A DNA stretch of 51,581 nt, counting the filler, from Bilabrum cf. latius (lineage: Eukaryota): assembly GCA_965178125.1 (NCBI GenBank). It is 2 parts of 2 records of this genome, joined end to end, with 100 filler letters (N's around TTAATTAATTAA, not from the genome) between each part and the next. Parts side by side here need not be neighbours in the genome. Positions count along the whole stretch, not along the records: positions 25,923 to 51,581 come from CBCXTV010000038.1; 1 more part is not named here. The stretch is one strand, 5' to 3'. Below are positions 41,828 through 51,581 of this stretch, in pieces (within the stretch, counting starts at the first letter, position 1; each line of letters begins with the position of its first letter). The notes below the pieces were generated by a model. The model saw only the letters and a list, made by a program, of their open reading frames with translations, did not search any database and had not been told where the DNA came from. A program made the position numbers and the translations under genes.

Positions 41828-44800
41828 TCAACTGCACGCGCTTGCAGGGCCTGCCTGTCTGTCTGCCTGCCTGCTTGCGTTCCTCGCCTGCCCGGCCCTC
41901 TTCCTCGCGCGCCCGCCTGCCTGCCTGCCTGCTTGCCTGCCTGTCTGTCTGCCTGCATGCTTGCACGCCTGCCTCCCTGGCAAGAGTGCCTCCACCCTTT
42001 TACGGCATGCGGCAGCCCTCTGGTCGACCTCTGCCTCCGGCAGCAAGGTTAGGTCCCGTGGATTGATGCCAAAAACATGGGCGTCTCGCGCATCCGGCCG
42101 CTCGCTCAACTCCAGCCCGGCGAGGAGCCACAACTTCAACCGCACCCTGCACTCATCGGAGGTCATCCGCCTAGGCCCGGAGCCCAAGTGGAGTTCCTTC
42201 TTACACACGGCGCGACCTGTGTCCCACTCGTTGACATGGAGCTTGCAAATGCAACCCCAGCCGCCCGCCTTCAACGGCGCCAGCTGCCAACCGAACCACT
42301 CCTGCTGCCTCGGTGTCCTTCCGGAGGAAGCAGCAGCAGCGCTCGCGCGCTCTGCCGCCTGCCGCCGGGCCGCGGGCCTGGGCCCATCCATGGCAACCGC
42401 AGCGCCTGCAACACAGCGAGTGCGATCGCCTCCTCGTCCTCCTCCGTCCCCGACGCGTCGGCGTCCCCGCCGTCGCTGTCAGAGCCACTGCGCCTGGCAT
42501 ATGACGAGGACTGAGAAGCGAAACGCAACTTGGCTGGCATGAAAAGCAAACCATGTGACTCAAGCCGTCGTCTGGCGGACATCCACACATTCGAACACTC
42601 CAGAGGACCATGTCATGACCATGCTACCATGTCACATGTCATCGCCTCTACACATTGCTAGCAGGCAAGAGCGCTGCGGGTTCTTCGGGGGAGACTTCGA
42701 CGACGCCGAGCGCGGCTCCTCGGGCTTGGGTCGTGGGCGCTTTGCAGCGCGCACCTCGTGGGCCTCTTGCGGGACGGCGAACGCCTCGGCAAGCCGCTGC
42801 CCGAGACTGACGAGGGACGCCGGAAAACTGGCCATGTCGTTCGCCGGCGCTGGTTGCTGTGGCGCTACGACGCGCCTGGCCAAAATGTCCTCCTGACCGT
42901 TCACCCGCAGTATCTCCATTGACGACAGGGTCCCGACATAAGGCTTGACATCTACCGCAGACACGTTCAAGTGTGCAGGCCGCCGGGGGGCCCACAACGA
43001 CGGCAACAACTCCGACAGGACAACGGTCGCCATCAAACCATCCTCGTTGAACTTCACATGCAACTGCTCCCCGACCGATACCAGCTCGACGCCGACGACG
43101 ATGTTCGGATCGCGCTGCCGCTTGAACCCCACACACAAATAGCGCGAGGACCAAGCCGCTGGCTGCGTGTACTCGGCCTGAAGATGCAACACGGAGCCCA
43201 CCGCGCAATGGCTCGTCACGAAGGATCGCGCTCGAGCATAGACCTGGAGCAACTCGGTATAGATTGGCCGATGCCTTTCCTGACAAATGCCTTTGTGAAG
43301 CCGGGCGCAACTCAACAAGCGTGGGAACTTCGCATCGGCAGCTGGGTGCCCGCGGTCCTCGACCACAGCCTTATCGCGCAAGGACTGGCGGAAAATGTCG
43401 CAATAGCTCCGCAAGCCGCCTGGCTCGTCCACGCCAAGTTTCTCGCAAACGTGGCGACGCGCGACATCTGGCCGCAGAGGGTGGTCATAGGAGCCTAAGC
43501 CCCAGAGCGCCTGGCGCAAGCGCGACGGTGCGCGAACACAAAAGCGATGCGAAACGTTCAGAAGGAACATCGGAAACCCTCACGTGAGTCGCGTTCACCA
43601 CATTGCCAGATATGTGATGTTTCTAAGAACAAGTAACCTGACAACGACGACTTTTCAACCGTTACCCTTTATGTGCTACGCAATGTGTATTTCGTGCGGA
43701 ACCAACAGCGCCTCCTTGGCGTCATAGGTCGTGCGCTTCTGCTCCTTCGCCGAGTCGGCGTCCTTGTTCTCCGCTGCCTGGCGTTGGCACTGTGCGACCG
43801 CCTGTCGATTCAAGGCGTCCTTCTGCTCCACCGACAAGTCCTCGTGCCACTCGCGCATGGCCTCCCGCCTGACTGATAGATGCTCGTCTCGTGACAACTT
43901 GCGCCCCCTCGCCTGCCGCTCCGCCTCGCAACGCTGCGTCATGTGCAACAGGTGGCCGCGCCCCAATGAAGGCGTCGCTTGTGGGCGCTCGGCTTGCGCA
44001 ATGATGGGGGCCCCGTCCTCCACGGTTTCCTGACGAGTGATGACCGAAGGGTGACGACCGCCCGCGCCCAAGTGCTCCTTCAAAACCGAGGATAAGTACC
44101 CAGCGCTGACAAGGCGTTCCAAGCTTGGCGTCTTCCCCGGCACTGCCTTCCGGAACGAACTGAGCAACCGTTCGATATGCATGTTGGTGACTCGCGATCC
44201 CCGCGCCCACTTCCTTAACGCCTCGCGCAACACGTTGTCTTCTACAAACGCCGCCGAAGATGGATACTTGTCCCGCAGTTTGCGACCCATGCCTGCATCC
44301 AAGCAACACATCGGCTGTCGCCAGAAGCTTTCCGCGAACGCCAGTCGGCCTTCTTCGGTGCATGTCGGGTGCACGAGTTCGGCAAGCGCCCACGGCCAAG
44401 TCTCGTACTCGATACCGAGCCGCCAGTACACCTGCGACGCCAAGCTGAATATCTCGGTTTGCACTGACCAGAGAGCGTCGCGGATTTCGTCCTGCGTGGC
44501 GCCGGCGGAGCAGTGGGCTAACAAGGACGCGAGGGGGGACTCCGCAACTGGCTGCCTGATCATGTCTGCCCATGCCATGAGCGCGGCGTGCACTGGGGAA
44601 GTGTTAGGGCGCCTCATGTCGATCAACGGGGTCGAGGAGTCGTCCAAGTGCTGGAGTCTCTGCAACAAATGGTCCAAGGGCTCTGTAGCGAACGCCAATC
44701 TCAACATCACCATTTTCCTGCCCTGGTCCTGAAGCACACACCTGACCCGGAAGACTTTCCTTTTCATGAGGATTTTGTAATCGATGTCAGCCGGTGCACC

Positions 44801-47074
44801 GTCGTCGACTGCCGGGGGGTCTGCCTCGAGTTGACTGCCGAATGCGCGAAGGAAGACCCGGGAGAAGCCTCCATGAAGCATGTCGGCCATCTGCAATTCG
44901 GCGTTGGCCCGGGACATGCTACCCCACCGGGATGCCGCGGGCACCCCCGAATCTGACATCAACATGCCGACGCCCTGAACCAGAGCCAAGAAAAATTTCT
45001 CGCAAATGTCAGCGCGCTCCTCCGAACCATGACCTGTCACAACGTGGGAGAACCGTGGCCTTCGGATGTCCCCATTGACGATGGATAGAATCATCTGCTT
45101 TCGGTTCTCCAATGCGCTCTCTTGCTCTGCGTCGAAGAGGGCGTCGCCTGCCACGGCGTCAAGCCTGCCGCGCGTCCTATGGGCTTTTCGGAGCAAGGTG
45201 TGCTCCAACACCTCGCAAGTGTGCTTCCTCCACGCGGCCAAGTCTGCGGCAGCGACCGCGCTCACGTGAAGCACCTCAAGCTCCTTCGCACATGAGTCAC
45301 ATGAGCCCCACGAATCGGATGACCGAGGCGTGTCTGAGTCTGCGAGACTTGACTTGACTTGCCCCCCCCCTCTCCGGTCTGTCGATGCATCGCTGCTGCA
45401 CCCCCGCCCCCGCCTTCCCGCCGTCTGCGAGCCCCGCCCGCCGCATGGCAAAGTTGCCCACCATGTCTGCCTTGACGCCCTGGCCCCCGGGCCTTGTCTA
45501 CCCCAAGCGCCTGCACCGCGCCCGCTCGCGCTGCCCGCCGGCCCCGTCTGAGGACAAACTGCGGCTGGCTGGCACGACCTGCGCAAGTTGGCCTATCCTC
45601 GAAAACCATACGGCGCAGAGTCTCATGCAAGCGGTTCAAGTGTGCTGTGGAGGCGCAAACGAACTTGATCGCATGCAAGTCGCCGACCGGGCGGGTGCCG
45701 ACAGCGCCGATGACGATGCGGTTGAGCAAGTGCGCGGCGCAACCGCTGGGGGTGTAGAACACATTGGCTGGCAGAATGGCTTGCGTTGCGGCGAGCTTGC
45801 GCTTACAAGAACTCGCGTTATCCGGGCACTCGTGCACGATAACGAACGGCACCTGCTGCGCAAGGGCGCACAAAGACTGCGACGAAAAGGCTGGGACGCC
45901 GTCATCTACCGCTGTCATGATACCAGACGCTTTCGTATTCTGCAACACCCGGGGCGGCACATGAATGACGCGCCGCTTCGTGCCTGTGCCTGTGTCATAG
46001 AGAAGCTCGACTTCTTGCGCAAGAAGCTCAACGACGCCGCGGCCCGGCAGTTTCCGCGCATTTGTCCTCGCCAAATACTTGTCGGCCGGCAAGGCAAGAA
46101 ATCGGTCCTTCTCCTCGTCGTAGACCAGATACCGGGCCCATTGGCACACAGCGCCAATCATAACGCCAAACTCCACATGCACCGGTGTCGCGTCATAGTG
46201 CATGGTTAGGACGATACCGCCACAGTCTGGGTCGCTTGCCAAGGAGCTGACGCACGACTGCACCTGAGCATCTTGCACGTCATGGTGAAGACCGGACACA
46301 GCTGTCAAAGCGCGCAAACGGTTCCCGCCTGTCACCTCGCCGAGCTCCCCGCCACGCTGACGCTGAAATCCAACGACGCCCCGCCCTACGACAGAATAGG
46401 CCAACCGCAACGTCTGGGCAAAATCCCACTGATTGCTATGTGGTTGACTCGCGGTCTCACGTGGCGTTCCACCGTGCCGCTTGTGGAAGTGTCGGCGCTT
46501 CGGGTTCGCGCTGGCACGGCGCGCCCCCTTCGCAAACTTGTCACCGGCGTGCAAGCCATGCATCTTGTTCCATGCTTCCCCGAGTTTCACCAAGTGTGTT
46601 TTGGCGCGGTCGCCCTGCCGGTGTGCCATCTTCACCGTCCGCTGGCAACGCACGAACTCCATACGCTGGTGCTTGTCATGGAAGCGGGACTGTGACTTCT
46701 GCGGCAAGGCCCTGAAACGCGTTGGCCAGAACTCTTCCTGACCGCAAAACGTTCTCTATAGCAAACCATGCAGAAGCGTCGCTGAACATAACTCGCTGAC
46801 CCGGTCTGCAACGCCTGCCCTGCCATGAGGAAGAAGAAAACAATCTCTCAGACATGCCCCTACCACTTCTGATTTCCTGCATGACCCCCCCCCCCTCCCC
46901 CCCCCCCCCGCCCGCATCTTGTCGGCGACGCTTCTGCCCGGCGACACGCGAGGAAACATCATGCGACGAGGCGCCGTCTACTCCCTCGCCATCAAGCACG
47001 TCGGGCGCCAAGTTCTCGAATCCTTGCGCAATGCCAAGCCCGATCGAGGGATCGTCCAACTCGAGCTCGTCCAT
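41828..47074 (-). CDS. Multi-exon hAT-like (CxxH-class) DDE transposase with HMG-like and Cys/His C-terminal domains (ends approximate)
   Basis: MHYDATP (D1), CPDNASS (D2), GCAAHLLN (CxxH), SRWGS and NMHIERLLSSF (E); HMG-like EAMREWHEDLSVEQKDAL; C-terminal GWGCICKLH...CKKEL...LKLWL. In-frame introns at 45284-45597 and 43511-43711. Confidence 0.7.
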
Positions 47075-47929
47075 TTGTGACAATCTGGCACGCTTGTGGA
47101 CCGGAGGGGCGCGACGCGCGTGCGCTGCCACGGGCCGAAAACACACGGGAGGGGGGCTTGGCGGACTGAGCCAAATGCGGACGCGCGCGAATCGAAATAA
47201 CTCGGACTCGTGGGCAGGACCCCTTGCCTTCTGCGCTGCTGAAAACAAGTTCTGGCCGCTCCCTGCTGGAAATCTGGCTGTGTCCAAGCTGCCCACATGC
47301 CCCAAGTGTGATGACAAACCCCTGCCCTGCCTAAGCTGCTCTGGCCAAAACTCCCCAAGCTGCCCAACTACGCCGCCACACCCAAGCTGCCCCGAGCCGC
47401 CCTCCCCTTGCCCGCCCTGCCCCGGCTGACTGGCTCTGCCCAAGAGGCGCCCCGGCCGCGCTGTCTCATCACCTGACCCCTGCCCCAAGCCCGCGGCTAA
47501 CCTCTTTTGCGCGCGAGCAAAGCCGCAAAGGAGGGTCCGGAATGTCATGTCCGGAAAAAGCGGTGTCCGGCCGTCCCTCAAGACTCTGGCTCGTCGTCAT
47601 CCGGCGCCACTCGTATGTTACAGAGCAACGTTCTCACCCAAATGCAATCGCCCATCGCGCCCCGCAAGTAGAAGGTCAAGTAGGGCGGGCCTCCGTTCGG
47701 GTGCGGCTCGACGGCGACCAGCCAAACCGGCCATGGCAGCGTGTTCGGCGGCGGGATGTCCGGCGCCAACCACGACGGGTGCGGATCCATGGCGAGCTTC
47801 GGGGGGGGGCGCGACGCCCCGAGCGAGAAGCACGAACGGACACAAAAAAAGCCAAACAGCTGCAGAAGATCGCGTCCCCGCACCACCTGCCTTCATGCCG
47901 TGCACTTGAGTCTGCAACATACCAATCTT

Positions 47930-48315
47930 GCCCTTTTACTTATGCTCTGTATTTTTCTGTACAGTGGTTCCTTTCTTTAGCTTATGCCACTTATGCCTCG
48001 AAATTATGATGGGTTTGTCTTTTCTGCCTTTATCTTCTCCCGAATGTCTGTTTTTTTTGTTATCTTGCTGTTCTCGGGGTTCTTTTTTGTCCCAAATTTC
48101 TGTCTTTTTCCGTCGTTTTGTTTTTTTTTTTTTTTTGCGTTTTTTTCTGTCCGGAATTTCTGTCTTTTCTGTCTTTTCTGTCTTTTTCGTCTTTGGGGTT
48201 TTTTTTTTCCGTCCCGAATTTCTGTCTTTTCTGTCTTTTCTGTCTTTTTCGTCTTTTGGGTTTTTTTTCCGTCCCGAATTTCTGTCTTTTCTGTCTTTTC
48301 CGGGCCGTCTTTTTC
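47930..48315. repeat. T-rich imperfect tandem repeat (gtcccgaatttctgtcttttctgtctttt units)
   Basis: About four ~60-65-bp units; sharp GC drop relative to the flanks. Confidence 0.9.
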
Positions 48316-48655
48316 GGCTGGACCAAACAGCCAGGGCCAATCGGTAGCACAACCGCCCGCCTCAAGCCATGCGCGCTCCGTGTTTCGCGCTGCTGCGCGC
48401 CCCGATTCCAATGCAGGCAATGTAGCACGTTGTCTCCGACTCCCTCGGAGGGGGAGTGTGAATCCGGAGGCCCAAGGGACCCCAGTACAGACTCAAAAGT
48501 CCCCCGCTTGCTTGGGCCAAGCCCGACCGTCCGCCCGTTGCATGCTTTTCACGTGCCGGTCTTTGCAGCCGGCTTGACCAGGTTCCCGCTATGGAGGGAA
48601 AACGTTTTCGCACCGAGCTAGCAGCTCTTGCAGTGAAGCCTCCGCTACCCTCAGC

Positions 48656-49654
48656 TTCAATGGCCGGCAGTACAAACAGAACGCCGACTATAGCTTCGAG
48701 ATCACGATGCAGAAGTTCATCGAGGAGCGGTTGGTGCCGATCGTGACGAGCCCCGGGCGCCATGCGCCCGAGGAGGAGTGCGGTCCGAGCGAGAAGGCGC
48801 AGGCCCGGGCCGTTCTGGGCAGTCTGAACTGGTTGGTCCGGGAGCTACGTGCGGACGGGGCGGGCCAGTGCAGCCTGCTGCAGCAGGCTGCGGCGCACTT
48901 GCGGTACGCCGACGTCCGCGAGATCAATGCCCTGGTGAAGCATGTGAAGGGGACGCCCAAGCTCGGCATCAAGGTGTGGTTGGTCCCTCTGCAGGAGCTC
49001 ATGTGGGTCGGAGTCTCGGACGCGAGTCTGGGCAATGCTGACGGAGGAGGATCACAGTGGGCGTACGCCGTGATCGCCGCACACGAGGAGATCAGCCGAG
49101 GAGCCAGGGTGCCCGGGAGCTTGTTGTCTTGGAAGAGCTGCCGGATGCACCGGTTGGTGGACTCCACGCTGCACGCCGAGACCATGGCGCTGAACAACGC
49201 CATCGCGGAGGTGGCGTGGGTGATGACGTTGTGTCACGAGTTCGCGTACAGCAGGTTCCAGCTCGATCACTGGGAGGCCTGGTGCGAGAAGCGGCGCGTG
49301 TTTGTCTTGGCCGGACGGAACGAGGAGCGAGGATCCCAGTGGCTGAAGAGCAGCCTCGCCATCGTCGATGCCAAGTCGCTCTATGACAGTCTTCGGAGCG
49401 AGGGTATCGGCGGTCGCGACCGCCGGTGCGCGGTGCAAGTCCAGATTGCGCGCCAAGCGATGTCGGCTGTAGGGTGTGAAATTCGGTGGGTCGACCACCC
49501 AGCGATGCTGGTCGACGGATTGACCAAGCGGAAGGCACGGCTTGACCTGATGACGCAGTTTATGCGTACGGGTCAGTTGGCGATCAGCGCCGAGGAGACC
49601 ATTTTGGCGCGGCACCGGGAGGTCCACGAAGCTGGGCGCCGGCTGCCTCGGTGA
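48656..49654 (+). mobile_element. Ty1/copia retrotransposon fragment (RT C-terminus + RNase H)
   Basis: LGSLNWLVRELRAD, GVSDASLGN, SWKSCRMHRLVDSTLHAETMAL, IVDAKSLYD, RWVDHPAMLVDGLTK; the 5' part is missing. Confidence 0.88.
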
Positions 49655-49699
49655 AGGCGGTGGTTGGGTCTTCCTTGGGCGGATTTTGGGGCGCTGTGA

Positions 49700-51250
49700 A
49701 AGCAGTTACGCCCAAGTTGGTCCCGGCCCTTCGCTCCAACGTTGGCAGGTGTGCGCACTCGTCTCCAAAGCCGGCTTGTCCGCTCATACCCGCAGCGCAC
49801 AGAACGATCGTATCCCGCACCTTCCGAGCTATCGTTGCCCGCGCCATTGCATCCTCGTCGCCGTTGCAGGTTGCTCATCTCGCGAGGGGCAGTCAGACGT
49901 TGTTGTGTGACTCGAGCACATTGCAGGCAAGTTGATCCGTGTCGAAGTGATCTCGTTGCTTCCTGGCAAGCATATCCACGCAACATCAGAAGTTCTCTGG
50001 CGAGCTACCAACTACAGGTGTCCCGCATCGCGCGCCTTGGGTTGCCTTATGCGGTCAAGCTCATGCTGCTGGCGGCTGTCGCTGTCTCTGTGATGATGTT
50101 CGGGGCGGGGCAGGCGCTCGTGCCCCAAGCGGAAGTCCTCGCCGCCAGCCGGCGGTTATACGTGGTGCTAGCCAAGAAGTGCTTTCGGGCGGACCCTGAC
50201 GTGTATGCTGCGATCGCGCCCTGTAGAATTCTGCCTGGCGCGCTCGCGGACGGGCACGTCAGCCGCCGCGACCTGCGGCGCAAGCGCTGCTTGCGGCGCT
50301 GCAGTTGCGGGTCTTCGGCGCGATGGGGTGGCAGTCCCTAGCGGCGTGTGGCAGGGCGCGCATGGCGCGCGCCTGCGCTCCCTGCGAGTTGAAGATCTCT
50401 TGCTTGACAGCTGGCGGGCCCGACACTGGTGGCTGCTTTACTAGGTCCGCGGCCACTTCGCGCAAGTCCCGCGCCCAGATGCGGTCGGTATGGGGGCCTC
50501 CCTCGCTAAGGCCTGGCCGCGCGACCAGCAAGGCGCGCTGCAAGCGGCTTCGGGCGGCTCCGCAGTGCCCCAGGCGGTTGCGGCCAAGCGGGTGGCCGGT
50601 GGCGCGCTTTGCCCCCACTGCCGCCAGGCCGAGAGAAGACCTGGGAGCACTGCTTCTGGCGGTGGGGCGCGATCCGCCGCCGGTTGGCCTTTCAGCTGCC
50701 GGAGTTCGAGGCCATCCGGCTCACCAGCATCTTGGCCCAGGATTCGGATTTGTGGGCGCATCGGGCGGCTGCCGAGGCCTACGCCCTCCCGCGACCGGAC
50801 CCTGAAGTCATCCGGGTCGCTTGGCTGGATGGCATAGCGCCGTCGACCCCTAGGACCCCATGCTAAGCCGCGCCGGCTGGGCGGTTGTCTGGTGGAACTT
50901 TGTGAACAGCGTTGGGCGCTCCGGGCGAGCGCCCGGTGCGCAGACGGTGGCGCGTGCCGAGCTGGTTGCCTTGGTGTGGGCGGTGGAAGCCGCCCAGCAG
51001 CCCGTCTTGTGCTACAGCGACTGCCAATATGTGGTGCGTGGCGCCCGCACCTTGCTTGCCGGCGCGCCCGAGCGACTGCTCGAGGGCCGTCACGGGGACC
51101 TGTGGCGCCGCCTCCTCTCGGCCGGCCCGGCCCCGTAAGTCCGCTGGGTTCGAAGCCACCGGCCTCAAGAGGTCGTGGAGGACCACGAAGTCGTCCACTG
51201 GGTCCGCAACCACGTGGCCGACCACCTGGCGAAGGCGCCGGCGCGAGCGC
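49700..51250 (+). pseudogene. Decayed non-LTR (LINE-like) retrotransposon 3' region: post-RT, Zn-knuckle, RNase H
   Basis: CPHC...WEHCFW, WLDG, GWAVVW...QTVARAELVAL...YSDCQYVV...HGDLW...VRWVRSH...NHVADHLAK, interrupted by stops and frameshifts. Confidence 0.75.
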
Positions 51251-51581
51251 CGCGGGTGCCGTTGTGGATGCGCCAACGTCGGGCGGCTGCCCTGGCTGAG
51301 GTTTCCCACGCTCACGACGTCATCGGTCAAGCGGAGTGCGCGCACCTCGAGGCCGTCCGGGGGCCGCTGCGCTGGGCGCGGCTGCTGGCCGGCAAGCGGC
51401 GGCTCGAGGATAACCACGAGGGCCGGCTGGTCCGGCCGCGGCTGGAAGAAGCCTCGCATGCGGCGGTGCACGTCTTCGTCCCTGCTGAGGGTGCTTTCTC
51501 CCGTCAAGCGCGGTGCCGACGCTGGGACCTCGCCGTGCGTGGCACTGGCCAATGGTTACGGCGGCTCGCGCGCGCGGCTGC

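Noticed and set aside
47928-48621. Phe-rich and Lys/Arg-rich ORFs
   Set aside because: They are artefacts of the T-rich tandem repeat.

Overview
The window is two unrelated GC-rich eukaryotic contigs, 1-25822 and 25923-51581. They are joined by an artificial 100-nt spacer (44 N + TTAATTAATTAA + 44 N). GC/GA splice donors and the transposon content suggest a dinoflagellate-like host (inference). Contig 1 looks like one complete ~25.8-kb virus-like or rolling-circle unit whose last base runs seamlessly into base 1. Its seven intronless, co-oriented (+) ORFs include a 761-aa CRESS-type Rep (HUH endonuclease plus geminivirus/genomovirus-like SF3 helicase), a pogo-type DD35D transposase, a two-domain glycosyltransferase, and Cys-rich and coiled-coil proteins. 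A hairpin/iteron candidate origin lies upstream of Rep. A ~2.8-kb patchwork of same-sense fragments copied from the unit's own genes lies at 7131-9899. No capsid was recognised. Contig 2 carries a ~20-kb minus-strand cluster of intron-containing genes: a hAT-like (D-D-CxxH-RW-E) transposase with an HMG-like tail, a SAP-domain ORF, a DNMT5-type cytosine methyltransferase and a large unknown protein. Decayed Ty1/copia and LINE (RNase H) fragments follow it. All calls come from motif recognition by eye; no database search was run.
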